Notes: a model not told the origin generated them from the letters alone. DNA of 64,000 nt from Chrysomallon squamiferum (GCA_012295275.1 CM022665.1:11346001-11410000), one strand, 5' to 3'; shown: positions 10,801-27,216, counted from the stretch's first letter. A program made the numbers and translations.

Positions 10801-13800
10801 GTTGTAATGTTCTTGTAATTTGTTTGGAACCTAGAATGAGATTTCATTCTTTCTTTTATTATTCTCAAAGTTCTGTCATTATCAGAAACAAAGTGTTCCT
10901 CATCTAATCACTGTAGTTCTCTGAGTTCTTTGTCTCATCTGAACAACTTTGCATTAACTATATGCTCTGCTAGGTGAATATTAACATCTCAGAGTTGTTT
11001 TACATGCTATCAAAGGTATCCATGTCCAGTTGCAAAAACTTTTTGAAAATTTATTTCTTCCAAAACAATTAAATTGTTTTATAGCAGTTGTAACATTAAA
11101 TAATGTCATAATTCAAATTTGAGAACTGGTATTGATAGTGTTTTGTATACTGCTTGGTTTCCATATCACAAATGTACAACCATCCTGGTTGCATATCTTA
11201 ACTGATCCTTTCAGGAAAACAGTTTAGTCAACTATCTTCTTGTGAGTGATGGTATAACATGGTCTTGGCTCATAATGTAGCCAATTTCAGTTTCTTTGGA
11301 GAACCTCAGTATGAGAGCTCTGCATCACAAATCAGTCATATTTCTGAGAATGACCCATACGTATGTACATATATTTAATTTTATATATACATTATATTAA
11401 TGTTTCTACACAGCCATCATCACTAAACAAAAGAAATATGTTTTATTTTTCTTTGCTTTCATTTAAGGATAACGATTACCGGGTAAGGGAAATAACTCAA
11501 CAAGCTATGAATGTTCTTGTGGCCAAAGTGAGGAGGAATCTTGCACCGTACATCAAAAGCATCATGGGAAGTTGGTTACTGAGCCAGAGCGATACTTACC
11601 CAACAGTTGCCTCAGCAGCTAAGCTGGCTTTTCAGACAGCTTTTCCACCAGCCAAACAAACAAGTGCTATTATTTTCTGCAAACAGGAGATAGCAGAGGT
11701 AAGAGTTGAATGCCCATTGTCAGTGTGTGTTGGATTATGTTTATTAATGGGTAATAAAGAAACATATCAACTATATAGTGAAATTTCTTTAGAAATCATT
11801 GTCTGTCTTCATAAACTTTATTTGTTTGTTTTCATGACATTGGTAGTGTGTGATTAATAACTTACATTATTATGTTTATTACAGCTGAACTACAGAAATT
11901 TTTATTTTATTACTATTATTATTATTATTTTTAACATATGTAATGGTATTGGTCTGATAACAATTTATTGTTGTATTTATATTTATTTTTAATTATTATT
12001 TTGTTTAACTAACAAAAGAAAATGTGTCTTCTAAACATTATAATTCTGATAGCATGAATGTTATTTGTATGAGCTTTATAGGCATGTAATTAAATATTAT
12101 ATCTTAAATACAGTATTTTATTTCTTTATTATGTTATTTAATTTTAAAATTTTTGGTTTTGTTTTGTTTCAGTATCTGACTGATAATCTTATAAATCAGG
12201 CACCAGGTACTCTCAGTGATCCTAAGTGAGTGTATTTTAATTTTTAGTATGTAATTTATCATCAACAGAGGAGGGCAAATCCAGAATATTGTCTTTGATA
12301 CAGATTTAGACCAAAAAGATATATGATGATTGTTAATCCCATTTAAACTAAAAATATATGCTAAATTTTTAAAGTAGTAATATGAAGACATTTCTAGATA
12401 GTCTGATTTTGAAGTTTATACTAAAACTTCTAGATTGCTTAAACTTTAAATAGGTACTGAAGTTTCAAGACTGTTTAATTTTGAAATTTGTTCTGAAATA
12501 AGAAAAAGGTTTAATTTTCAAATACATAGTGAAATTTCAAGACTGTCTGATTTAAAAATATGTTTTCCATTCAGAAACAATTCCACAGATGACATGGAAC
12601 AGAAGTACAACAGAGTTATGGCTTCCTCTTTGTTGGCACTCAGTCATCTTTTGCAGTCTCTCCCTACAGATGAGCGAGAATCAATAAAAGGTCATCTTAG
12701 AGGTCTAATGAATGAAGGGAAATTCTGGAAATTTTCTAAGTCCGCTGTTAGCAGTGTATGTGTGATACGTAAATGTTATTTTTTGTTAGTAAATTCAAAT
12801 CAGCATACTTCATATGTCACAATAATAGTTTGAAAGATTGTCAGGTTGTGTGCATTTTGGCTTGTAGTTATTAATTTTTTTTTATTTTTTTATTGAATTT
12901 CAATTTATTGCAATAGTTAAAATTTAAAAGCAGATATTTTCATTAATTTTATGTTAAGTAGTGCACCCAGGATTTCAGGAACAATGGTTCTAACATTTTG
13001 ATGGTATAAATTTCAAAAAGGAATTAGTCTAATTATAAAGGAACAAACACTGATCTGAAACAATTAAAAACACTTGGATTTGTATGTAATAATAAACAGA
13101 AGAAGCAAAATAAAATAAATAAGCAACAATAATATAAATAAATATCTTAAATCGAGGTGGATCAAAAAGATGTTAAAATAGTTATGATGGATGTAACTTT
13201 CAAGAAACAACGTGTTAGAAAAAATAAATAGTGAAAGTGATAAAATTAATCATAATAAATGTGTGTGTCTGTGAAGGAATGAGAAAGAGAGAAAGAGATG
13301 GAGGGATAAAGAGGAACGAACAGAGAATCAAAAATTTTATGTATATTTTTAGTATTGAAAATATTTTTGTTTTAAACACATCCAGATTAAGAGTGCCATG
13401 TTTTCATTCTGTGCCAGTGTGTGTCAGTTCTGTTCTGATGTCGCTGAAGAGTATGTGACCAAGATATCTCCCTTTGTTCTGAACAGCTTAGACATTGCAG
13501 ACCCTGCAATTATCTTTTCCCTGTGGGAAGCTGTTCTTTCTCTTGTAAACTACATTGAGGTATGATAAAAATTACACTGATAATTATTACGTCAAATAGT
13601 AAGCTGAATTTGAACAATGAAAGTTATTTAGTCTAAGCTTTTGTAGGCTAATTCAAAAATTAATATATGCCTATATATATTAATGAGGAAAGTTTCTTCA
13701 TTAGGATTTATTATAGTGTCTGTTACTATATACTTTTTTCTGAAAACCTGTATTTTTGAAAAACTATCTGTAAAATGATAAATAATTAAGTAATTTTTAA

Positions 13801-16800
13801 AACATCAGGAATAGTTAGGGGGGATTTTATTTATTTATTTATTTTTTAATAATAATAAATAAATTATAAATGTCTTATGTATTGTTTATATTTGTACGTG
13901 GTAATATTTCACTAATTTAAAAAAAAAAAAGTAATATCCTATCAGAAATAGACTGTAATATTATTATTATTATTATTATTTTAATTTTTTTTTTTTTCCT
14001 TTTTTTAAATTTTTTTTTTTTTTTTTTTTTTTTCTAATATTTTTTAAAAATATTATTCCAGGATTGTTGGAAACATGTCAGTTGGCAAAAATCATTTTGG
14101 CCCAAACTCCGCTGTGTTCTTGAAACTGGTTGCCATGGAAATGCTTCACTAATAGGACCCAGTCTTCTCCCTTTGTTGAGTAAAATCCCGTCCTCATGTT
14201 ATGGTGAAGCTGCCGAATTTTATCCTGAGTTTTTTGTTTTGTTTAGAAGTGGGTATGTATTGGCAGATCTTTCTTCTCCTTTTTTTAGTATATTGTTTAT
14301 TTTGTATGTAAGTTAATTTGTTTATTATTATTTTTATGTATTTCCAAATTGGATCTTTTTCATTTTAAATATTAATAAAATAAAAAAGATTCTTAATTGG
14401 TTTTCTTTTTCTTTCTTTTTCTTTTTTTTATTTGTTTTCTGAAATAGCAATGCCAATATTATCTTTGTTTTATTAAACTAATTTCTACTATTTTTTAAAT
14501 TCTTGTTATTATTAATATTATTATTATTACTGATATTATTTTTTTTATTTAATTTTTTTTTTATTTCATTTATTTTTTTATTTTTATTATTATTATTTTT
14601 TTATTTTTTATTATTATTATTTTTTTAGATTGAGCAAAGAAAATATTCTGCAAAGTCCTAGTGAATGTTCCGCTATGGTAAAAGCTTTTGTTGAATGCTG
14701 TCAGTTTGTATGCAAGCAAGTGATGACATCTGGCCAGGAGGTGTTACTTAGAGTTATTGTTCTTGACCATGTAAGTATTACTTTGTTTCTATATAATTTA
14801 AAAAAAAAATCAATCTTTCTTTTTTTTCAGACAAACTATTTTATAATGTAAAGTATATACCAGTTTCTTTGTGAATTGTTATTAGTTGTTTAACAGTAAA
14901 CTTACAATTCTGTATAATCTGACAGACTGAATGTCCATGTAAAACTTAACATTGTTCTATAATCTAACAGACTGTATCTTATACATTTAAAACTTAAATT
15001 TTCTGTTTACTCTGAGAGACTTCTTAAATTTATATTTTTAATTTAAAATTTTTATTTAGTTTTTGCCAGTAATTGAATCATCTCTGATTGAGCCCAAGTC
15101 TGCACTGTCAAAATCTGCTCTTTACTGTTGTACTGGAGCATTTCTGCAGAATCTGGAGAAGTCTGAAACAAGTGTGCATGTTGTGCATTTGTTTTGGAAG
15201 GACTTGTTTCAGACTGTTGAAGAAACATTTTCCAGTCAGTCTACATCAAGTCCACTTTTGGAAAGGTTACCTCAGCTGGTTCTGGGACTCGCAAACCCAC
15301 AGATGACAAAGGTTGTTAAAACCGAAAAGGTCAAGTTTGCTGTCGTTGAGAAACCATCTGCAGAGGATGTCAGTTCTGGAGTGACAGATAGCAGTGAACT
15401 TTCGAAGCTTTCTAGAGAATTCCTGCAAGATGTAACCAAAAAAACGTTCCAGAAAGCATACCGAGAGAAGCATATGTCTTTCATAAAACTGTTTTCTGAG
15501 TTGGTCAGTGTGTTGCTGGACGAAAACACTGTGAAGGATTTACTCAGGGAATGTGATACTTCAGCAGGCAGTGATGTGTTTTTAACATTTGTCAAATCTG
15601 TGATAATGCCATGGCTTCAGGAGATTCAACCGACATCTTCATCTTGTTGTATCAATCATCTTCTCTGTGTAACATTTATCTGTATTACACATGTAGAAGA
15701 GTGTGAAAGTACATCGGTGCTAGCAGATCTTTGTCATGTGAGTGTTCATAATGTAGATATTGTGTTTTAAATTCAGGATTTAAAATCACATTTCAGTTTT
15801 AAATACAAACTAAGTTAATGTTTTATTTTTAAAGTTTGGTATTTAATGCAAAAAGTAGACATTTGACATAAAAGTTCACTGTTTACATGTGAATATTTTA
15901 CACCAAATCTCAATATTTATCACAACAATTAGTCTACATTTTATACAACAGCTCTGTATAAAAGTACAAAAAATAGTAAACACCTAATTATTATGAAAAT
16001 GGCAACATTTTCACTCTAAAAAAATTAAATTTTTTACAGGTTTTAACAAGTCCTCTTCATCTATGTTACCTGATTGAGAAGGCTTTGGTTAAACGACAAT
16101 GCTTGACTTGTGTACAAATTTGGCTGAAGAGTTCCAGCCTCACAAACAGAGTCGTCTCCCTTACTCAGAAAATCTGTCAGCTGAGTATTGAAGATGATTG
16201 CTCAGAAAACAAAGAGATGGTTGATCATGGCTGGCAAGTTGTCTCTCTTGTACTGTCTACAAATGATAAAGAAGGTATACAGATCTGTATTTATATTTCA
16301 GCAGCAAAATATGTATATTACATTAATATCTATTTTAAGTTATTATTTTTTTTTTTTTCTGGTCTAATGAAGTTTGGTTATTTTAATTTTAAAGAAAGTA
16401 TTGTTGTGATACCAGTTTAGTTATTATAACATTAAAGAATATTAGTCTCCTAGAATGAAAATACTGGCTTAAATAACAGCATGGTTGTTGTTATTTTGGG
16501 GTTTTGGGGGGTTTAAAATATGTATCTAAAAAAAACTAAAATTAATTCTTTTTTTGTGTCATGAATATTTCAAGTATTAAAAAACCAATTGTAATGGATA
16601 TCATGACATACATAATTCATTAAATGTTTATACAGTTCATGATTTTATTTTTATGTTGTACACAGAGCCAGTATTTGCTACACAATGTATCCAGGGGATC
16701 ATTGATACAATTTATCTAACTCTGATTCAGCTGAAAAGAGGTCAGAAAGAGAATCAAGTTAACCAAGCCATCTTGTTTGTCACAAAGGCAGCTTTTATTT

Positions 16801-19800
16801 TCTTTACTAATCTGAAGGTAATTTTAATGTTGGTACATTTTTATTCATTCATTCTTTTTTATTGTCACAAATAATTGAACTTTTTTTTTTCAGGATTGTC
16901 CAGTTAATTAATAATGATGGGTTTTTTTCGTTTTAAGAAGTAGTAACACATATGGGCATAATCCCAAGTAATTTTCTGACAGTTCAGTTACCATAGTTTA
17001 GACTCGTGGTGATTATAAATTAAAAATATTTTATGTTTCTTTACAGATGTGTCTGTCGGTCTCTTCAGCTGAAGACCTATTGCTTGCATTGTTTTCTGTA
17101 TGCATTGACATGAAGGATTTCATTTCAGGTATTTCATCTGTTTTATATGCAGGTTTTTTTTATTCTCATATTGTTACAGTACTGATTTTGTTAACTTTAT
17201 CTTAAGATAATTTTATATTTTGTGTGTGTGTGTGTGTAGGCCTTTTTTTAGGATTGTCCAATTAATTAATAATGATAGCTTTTTGCTTAGATGTTTGTAT
17301 GTATGTGCATTGTGTAATTGTTTGGTTTTTGGGGTTTTTTTTAAATCTGATTTTGTTGTGACCTATAAAATGGATAGTCACAGCAGTTTTCCGTTGAATG
17401 TACAGTTAATAATAAATTTGTAGTTTGTTTAATTTATTACTTCAAAACAAAACCTTTAAATAGTTTTATTATGTTTTTCTAAAGTCTGTTTAATTAACAT
17501 CCTTTAACTCCATCTGGTATACTTAAAGATCTTTTCACTCTCTTTTTAAAAAAAATTGAAGTCATTATACATTAATGAATATTCTAGAAGTAATTTTTGC
17601 TATACACTTACTTAATGTTTTTGCATTGATACATAAAGTAATATATTAGCATTCTTGTACATTATTATTTAATGCTTAGTATTAACATTGTTACATACTA
17701 GATAATATTCTGTAGGATAATAAATTGTAATTTTAATGTCACACACATTTATTAATGTTTTAATATTAACATTGTTTCAGGTTAAGTAATATTTTAGTAT
17801 TAATATTGTTACCATATAATTAATATTTTTTAACATGCATTACTTAATGTTTTAATCTTAATATTTATTATACATTAATCTTAATAAAAGCCAATACTTT
17901 GCTTATAGATGAGACCCTGCATGAAGCTAAACATGGCTGGGTAATAGGTCTGCAGGTTGTGGTAGAACAGACTGGAGCTTTGCTTAGAGACAATGGCTTT
18001 ATACTGCAGGCCTGTGCTCTTTCAAAACATCTTATAACTTCAGCCGCCAAAACTATCAAAAGGTGAGATTTGCTTCTACCAGAATATGACTAATAATAAC
18101 AATATGAAGAAGAAAGACAGTGATGATCGTGATGATGATAAGAATAGGAATAATGATAACCATAATAATGTCAGTAGTAAAAATAGTAATAGTTATAATA
18201 ATAATTAAAATAAAAAATAAAAAAATAAAAATAATATTCAATTCTTAACAGTAATAGCAATGGCAATAGTTACAGAGGGAACGCCAATAACAGTACTAAT
18301 GATAACAAATTTTGTTCTTAATATTTTTATAAATGAAACAAAGAAAGAAAAAAAAAAGAACAGTATTATGAAAAGACTAATTATATGAAGACATTGAATT
18401 AAAAAGAGATAAAAAAAAAACAATATTTTTATGATATTTTTTTTGTAGTTAAAGATGTGTTTTAAAAATGCAGTTTTGTTTTGAAGGTAATGTGATAAAC
18501 ATAATTGAAATAAAGAATAATGATGAAGTTATAACTACTGGTTTTAGAAATCATTTCAGTGAGAATACACAGCTGACTTTAGATAAAATTTAAATAATTA
18601 CCGCTTTGCACCTCTTACACTGAAGAAGCCTCTTAACATTTCACACATATTACACAGCTGTCTTCTCTGTTAACATTAGCCAAACAAATATTTTATTGTA
18701 ATTTAGGGTATTGTTGTCCAGGTTTCATATTTTAATTTATGAAGATTCTCTTTAAACAATTTTTGTTTATTCCAGCTACAGACACATTTTGTCTAATGTC
18801 GAGACCCTGGTTATGACTCTACAGAACACTTTACCTGATGCATCATGGACTGACCCTACTGTACAAGCAGTACTGAGAAGTCTCATTATTACACCAGATA
18901 AATCTTCTTACACAAATGTAAATATTTCAGCAAGAAAAGTTGCCTACAATCTTGTAACTTAATATTATATAGCAATTGTTACATCACTGTATTATCATGG
19001 ATGGGGCTTATAGCATAATGGTTTAATCCCAAATAGTGTTCATTTAAATTGTGTGAATGTTTCAGGTAATTCATGTAGCAGTTATAAACTTTTTGATATA
19101 AATGTAGTTTTGTTTTTGTTTTTCTATGAGAGACCACATTGTATTTTTCACTAATAGAAAAAATACAAAAATAAAAATAATTCAGTATTGTGTCTGGATA
19201 ACTAGAAATTTTTCTATGGTTACTAAGAACTGCTTCTGTATATCTAAACAAATTCTTTTTATACTTAACATTACTTAACACCCTGACAGCCCATATATTT
19301 TTCTTCCTTTTTCTAAATTGTTATTAAATATTTGTTCATTTTAAATCAAATTATTTCAGATTCTGGACTACATTTACGTAACTGGAAAACTTGTATTAAC
19401 AGATGAAACTGAACAAGAGACAGCAAGACATCCAAATCATGTTCAAACTCTTTTTTCATCACTTTTCAACTCCTCTATATTGAAATATGCTAAGACTGGA
19501 CAAATTAACTTGCTAATGAAAGAAGAAGAAAACACATCAGAAATGGGTAATGACTCCAAAGAAGATAAAGAGGGAAACTTGAAAAGTAACTGCTGTTCTT
19601 GGTCAGATGAGGACTGTCAAGTATTTCTTGACTCATTATCTGGATTAGTAATATCACAGTTATGGAGAGACATGGATGTAAGTAGAAAGTTTTACTTAAA
19701 TCTAATATTTGATTAAGAATTTATCTTTTGGTTACTTGTACCCTTGCAGTCAAAGATATTGGACCACATTTTAGCATAGTTTTTATTGTTTGATATGTTC

Positions 19801-20919
19801 GAGTAATTCACAAACATTCTTTAGCAATTTTAGAGTTGTTTAATAATTGTGCTTATTTGAGAAGTACTATTTTTATGAATGAAAATGTATTGGTTTAAAT
19901 ATATAAAATATTCAATAAAAAATATAAAGTTTAAATATATAACATTTGTCAATTCCAGGTTTTGAGTTGTATAATACCAAAATTATTGTATTTTAATTTT
20001 TTTCAATATTTGTTACACTCACGATAATTTTTTTTTAAATTAATCATTTATTTTTGTAATAAATTTTAAAATTTTAATTTAATAGACTTGCACAGACCCA
20101 GACATCAAAAATGGGATACTGCTACTGGAAGATAGTATTACTTTTCTTATTGATAAAACGGACAACAAAGATAGAATCAATATTCTGAAGAATGCAATAA
20201 ACAGGTCAGTTGACTTTTTATTTTTAAAAAACAGAAAATGACAAATGATGGTTTCCCATTGCCAAATAAACAAAAATGCTGTGCAATTGTTGTTTATGAT
20301 TTCAACATAGCTCAGGCTTTAATCTTGGGGTTAAAATTAATTTCAGGCAGTTTTATGAAATGACACACTCATCTGTAAACATTATAAGTAGCATTGGTAC
20401 TTTTGTTATTTCTGTTGCAAAGTTTTTGACTAATAACATAATTTTTAAAAAGTTCTGACTTTTAAAGAAATGACGTTATTAATGGTAAGAAAACTAGAGC
20501 ATTTCCTATTGTTTATTTAGTTATTTATTGAGCTGCGATTGCTGTATGTTGTATTTGGTTTTTTGGGTTTTTTTTTAAATTTATTATTGTGGTTTTGGGG
20601 TTTTTTGGGGGGGGTTGGGTTTGTTTGTTTGTTTGTTTTTCTTGTTTTTTGCTTTTGCTTTTTCAATATAACCTTGTTATGTTTGTAAAAGGAATATTGC
20701 TACCATCATCATAGCATTTTTAAAGTGAAATTCAGAGACAGCATTTAGATATTTATTCATAGATCTATCCGGCCACATATATTTTAGAATATTTATATAC
20801 ATGTCACATATTTCTGTGAAATGAAATCATGTATATAAACACCACCTACTGAAAATCACTATGAAAAACCTATTATTATTATTATTATTAAATATTATCA
20901 TTATCATTATTATTATTAA

Positions 20920-20963
<44 letters not shown>

Positions 20964-20968
20964 CGTTA

Positions 20969-21000
<32 letters not shown>

Positions 21001-24000
21001 TCAATTATTATTTTATAATTGATATTTCCCAGGTCTGAGCAATGTGGAAGACTAGATGCAATAACTCTGCAGGTTTTACTTGATAAACTGAATCAGAGTA
21101 ACACTGAACTAGAGCTGGCTGAGAGTGCATTGATTGACAGGTATTTTATAAATCTTTTATTCTTCTCATCCTTAGTTAACATTCTGGCTTAAAATTCAAA
21201 TATTTTAGAAAAGTCGCATAATTAAAATCAAAGAGAGCAACCAGTGAACATCACAAAAGGTGTTTTCAATGATTATAACATTTTGTTTTCTTGTGGCTTA
21301 TTATTATATTTATTTATTTATTTATTTATTTATTAAAGTATGTTTTTATAAAATAAAATAATGCTCTTACTGAAATATTATCTGTATTTAAAATCCTACT
21401 AATAATTAACTATTTGAGATTATCTTTTTATTCTCTGAATAAAAAAATTGGAAACTGTATTGTTTCTTCTGGTTATATTTAAAATTGTAAAACCATATTA
21501 TTATTTTATTTTATTTAATTACTACAATTACTATAAAATACTTCAAACCATTTATTTATGTAATACTGTCCACACTGGAGGATCAAGAGCTGAAAATATT
21601 AAAGTAAAATATTAACAGATGAGCTTTTTCCATATGCATTATAATATTTATTAGCATCAGTCTGTTACATTAGTAATTTGTTTTTAAAAATGTTGCACTA
21701 ACAGGTGCAGCACGTTGACAATGTCAACCACTCACACGCTGCAGTCAGCTGTAAAACACTTCACAGAGCAAGGTAGACAGGACATGGCGCAAATCATGGT
21801 GGCTAGGATTATTTCCACAGCAGAGGATTCTGCCTGTAATCTTGATGGTAAATTACTATTTTAATTTAAAATATTTGCAGACTGGGGTCATTTTAATTCT
21901 TATCCAATACATTTTTATTAGTGGCTTATATGAAGACAGTGTAAATATGTTTTTTCATATTCCTGTGTGATTGTTTCATGTAGAGTTCCAACCTTTGCTA
22001 ATAAGAAAGTATGGTAGTTAACAAGCAGTGTGCAACATGCATGGTGGCTGTTACTATGAGTAGTATTTATCAATCTGCTGTTTAAAAATCATTTTCTTCC
22101 TTCAAGAATCTATTGCCAAGGCATTTATGTCTATAATTACACATTTATATATATTGTTTAATTATTATTTAATTATTATTATTTCTTGTTGCTGTGGAGC
22201 ATTCTTTCACGTGATGACTCTCCTTCCTTTCTTTCTTTCTTTTTTTTTTTGCTTTATTAAAGATATCATAATCACTATTAATATAAAATAATATTACAGG
22301 TGGTCTTGGTCCACTTTCCATTCTTGTGACAATCACATCACTGACCTGCGATGTTGAAGAATCAGAGGTGAAGGACATGATGATGGCTGTGTTGAATCAG
22401 TTGATGACATGGAGAAAGGAATGTGATGATCTCATGCTCTTTGCAAGGTTAGGCCATTTCTCATACCAGCCAGTGCTTCTAAGAAGTGTTTGATATGTGA
22501 CTTCCTGATTGTAAGAAGATGATAGATTTTTTTCTACCAGTGAATTAAATTATGTATAAAGACATACACAAATACACACAAAGATCCGTGAGGCATCCAA
22601 TTTCATTTCAGTTTTGATTACTGCAGTAATGTGGTAAACATGTTCTGAAATTAATGAATAACCATTAACAATAATCTATGGGATGACCATTTATTTCGGG
22701 GTGCCCCACATTTTTAGCATCAAAATGTTTTGTTTGGTTTTATTATTATCATTATTTTATTATTATTATTAATTAATTAGTTTATTTATTTACTTGTTTT
22801 TTTTTTGTTTTTTTTTGTGGGTTTGTATTTTTATTTTATTTTTAATCTTATTATGAATTCCATTTCTCTAGTTATTTTCCTTAATACTTTATAAAAACAT
22901 ACTTTAAAATATGTCACTTATTTTCCTTTGCATGTTTTAAGATATAATTACATTATATTATTTGTACAAACTTTAATTTACAAATTTGTTTTCAGTGATC
23001 TCTCCAAAGCATCAGTCTCAAAGTTGTCACTCAATACTGAAGTTATGAGATTTGTGAAACTGATTTTATCACAAGTAGCTAAAAACCTCTCATCAAATGA
23101 ATGGGACTTTATCATGTGCAGCACTGTGGCTTGGATGCAGGTAAGTGAAACAATTATATTTACTTTGATATCAAACCTTCTGGACAGTGATAAATTCTTC
23201 ACCATCAGTATTGTATCGATTACTTCTTAACTCTGGAACCTTAATACATGCCAATTCAGTTTACTTTCAGTATCCTAGAGAATATTTCTGAGATAATTTT
23301 TTTTTTTTAAACCAATTAAATGAGAGTAAAAGATAAATTCATATTTTTTTTGTTTTTTAATACATAATAACAAAATTATTAATTTATTGTTTAAAGAATG
23401 CATAATATAGCACAGATATTAGATATGCATTATTCAGACATTTACTAATTCTAGTACCCTGTAGATGATAATATTTTTTTTTACATATGCTACATTCCTG
23501 CAGTTATTTCTGACTAAAAAAACACAGGCTGCATAGTTACTGCTTAAATTTTCAACATAGCTCATGCTGTGATCTCAGGATCAGAATTATTTTCTAGCAG
23601 TCATATGATATGACACTGTTATCTCTGATAACTGAAGGTTCTCCATTAGACTTGTGTGTATGTTGCTTGTGCTGTAATAAATTAAACATCGTTGTATTGA
23701 AGATTACAAATTATACTTTTCACAGAGTGTTAATGAAACTGAATCTCACCTTTTGTCATCTGTACCTATAATGTCATTTGCCGTGAGTGCTTGTGACCTT
23801 TTGGCCACAGTGGTCAATTGTCTTCATGGTCAGGTTCAGAAAAATCCTTCAGCCTTTCCTGAGAATCTTCTCACAGAGTGGCAGGAGTTTTTCAGTGGAG
23901 GAGCCTACAGTGCACTCCTACCCCTGTACATCAAACTGGCAGGTTAGTATTCTCCTTTGTCTCCTTGTTTTTCATAAAATCATTTTTCTGCAGATATAAC

Positions 24001-27000
24001 AAGAATATATGAATGTTTTAGAAGCTTAAAACATAACCAGTTTCAGTAGGATTTTACTTAAAATGTACAAAATGTGCCAGATGCAGAAAAATGGATACTG
24101 ATAATTATCACAATAATTTCATGATCTTAAAATCAGATGTAGTTTTCATAAGGTATATGAATAGTGTGTCACAGAGAGGAATAAGATGTTTACTTTATTA
24201 GTGTCAATTTTTAACTGACATGTCAACTGACAGAAAAATTACTTTTAAAAATTATCTTTTTGCTTCAAATCCATTTCAACAAAAATTAAATGATTGTTCA
24301 AAATCTTGATGAGAATTATATTTAATACATGAAAGTCTGATCAGAGTTATAACAGCATTTAATATCCAAAAACATTTGAAAAACTTCAGTCATTTATATT
24401 ATTAGAAATCGGACCAAATGGAACTCATTTAAATAACAAAATAACATTGTTTGTTTGGAATAAATAGTTTTCATTAAGAATATTTACAAAAGAAAGTTCA
24501 TTATCCAAACTTTGCAAACCAACATAATTGTTTTTGTTATATTGTGTGCACGCATGAGAAAGAGAGAGTGAGTAGAGATAGGGGTTAGAAAGAAAGTGAG
24601 TGAGAGACTATGTGAGAGTGAAAGGGAATGAGTGTGAATGAGAGATGCCCATTTTGTATAATAATAGGTTTAGTTGCTTTAATTTCTACATACTGCAGCT
24701 TCTATTAAATATGTTCCTTTTTATTTTAAATAAGGTAAATTTTAAATTAATGGAAATTTTTAATTATTTTTCTTTCTTTCCTAATGCAGGATCATACAAA
24801 CAAACAGCAGCTAGTGGTCTGGAATCTGTGTGGTTGTGTTTTGTTGGACTGGCAATATCTCACTGTCCTAAGGAGCAGATTCTGGTTCACCAGCTCCCAG
24901 CCTATTTCATTGCTGGAGAATCATCTCCTTTGCCTGACACTCTTCAGACACTGATTAATCATTTTGGACCAATGTTGTTGTTTGCTGATAAATCTGTTCA
25001 AGTGACTTCTTTCTGGATACTTAATAGGTATTGTTATATTTTTATAATTTTGTATTTATTTTTATATTTTTGTCCATTTCCTTTCTTTCTTAAGTAATGA
25101 AATAAAACAGTCATAATGCTATCTAACCAAAACACAAGTGGTATATCAAATGAGATGTTTTTACAAGCATATGAAAACTTGAAACAAGAATCATTCATTG
25201 TTGTTGTTGTTGTTGTTCTTTTCTTCAACATCATCATTATCTTCTTACTCCTCTTATGTTCAGCTGAAAGTATATGATTCTGTTTTTATTGTTTTTATTA
25301 CATTTCTGATTATTTCTTTGTATTATTTGATTATTCACAGAATAATGTCTGAGCTTCCTCAGTATGAACAGGAATACAAAGATGAATTTGAACCAGAAAC
25401 AAAAGAGGAAGTATCCAGGTAATAAGTGGTTATTAATTTTAATAATTTTAATATTAGCATTACCCCACATTGGTTTGGTTTATGTATGTCACATTTGTCT
25501 TTATTAGTGTGCATGTGTATCTACATCAGTGTCTGTGTTTGCATGCATCTGAACATCAGTGCATTATGGGTGTGTGTGCAGATTTGAATGTTTTTGTGTA
25601 TGTATGTCTGTCTCAGTGAAAATCAGAGCATCATGCCTTTGTGTGGGTGTTTGAGAGACAGCGTGAGTGTGTATATGTGCATGTGTGCATGAAAAAAACA
25701 ACTGAAATATGAACTACTAATAACTGTTTGTCTAATTAACTTATTTTTAACTCTGGTTTCAGGTGTCCGCCTGCATGTATTATGAAAGTTATTGAAGATG
25801 GGGACACAGCACTTGACATTATTTTGGCTGATGCGGCTGTACACGACTGTGTTCTGTTGGAACCTAAGACAGATGAGTTCAGATACACACTGGGGTACTT
25901 GCTAGCATGGAGACTGTTACTGACATTTTTCAAGAGCTCAACACCAGAGGTACAGCATACCAATTGTTTCTAACTGCTGAAATGCTGTTTTTCAGAAGGA
26001 TATTTTAACATTGTTACAAGGATAGATGCATGTTCATAATTTGTCCAAATTTAGCTAGATATATAGATATATAGACAGATAGACAGAGAGGACAGACATT
26101 CCATTACATACTAAAAAGCTCTCGGATATTAATTAATGTTACCCGACCTATATATTTTTAAAGAATAATATTCAGTCATTTTAATATGAAACTAACTATG
26201 TACAAATTATGTATATATACATGTTTATATTTTATTTGTTAACACTAAACAGAAATTATTATTATTATTTTTATTTTTTTAACAGTTAAGAGCTCAGTAT
26301 GCAATATACTTCAAGAAAACACAACTGGTTAATCATCTTCTTAAACACCTGTTCAGATTAATACCTGACAAGCCACCAAGTGTGTACTTCGAATCAACTA
26401 AAGTTTTAGTGTCATCAGGTGAAATTTGAGTTTTATGGAATCTTTGAGTTGATTATTTTATATTATATAAACACTCATTTGATTACATTAACATAGTGAT
26501 GCATAAATGTATTATTTATTTTAGCAAAACTATTTCAGGTTCATGTTCATTTTCATAAGCCTTAATGTATATAAATAAAAATGAGATTGATAAATAAAAA
26601 TAATAATAAAAGGGGGAAGCATTAATAAAAATGTATCGTTATTAACAGTTTCATCAGCAGTTGTTAAAAATATCCAACACTGAATAGAAAAAAAAAGATT
26701 AAATTATTGAAATATTTTAAAAAGAATTAAAAACAACCTCTGTAACAAACAGTGATTGCCCCAGCCAATGGCAGTTATTTGTTCATTGTTTTTTGTTGTT
26801 TTTTTTGTTGGGTTTATGAGTTAAATATTAAAGCATATCCACGACATTATTTGTAATGTATTATAAAAATTACAAAAAAAACCACCGTAAATTACTACTG
26901 TGTCAGTTCAACTTGTTATCTTGGATACTAATATTTGACATCATTAAAATCTATTAAAATTTTATTTTCAGCATCATTAAAATTTATAAAAAATAAATTA

Positions 27001-27171
27001 TTTGCCTTTCAGATCCACCTTCAAAGAACGACATTCAGAGATTAGTGTGTTTAGTTTACCGACAGAGTCTAGAAACAATACCAGCTCTCGTTCGACAGTG
27101 GTGGAAAGACCAAGATAGAAAAACATCTTTGTATATTGACAAGTAAGCACTGCCTTTTCTAAACGAATAAA

Positions 27172-27216
<45 letters not shown>

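Noticed and set aside
12380-12556. Degenerate repeated AATTTCAAGACTGT units resembling a spaced array
   Set aside because: Irregular decayed intronic minisatellite in a eukaryotic gene; not CRISPR-like.
17540-17885. Recurring CATT..TTAATGTTT units
   Set aside because: AT-rich decayed tandem repeat with no evidence of function.
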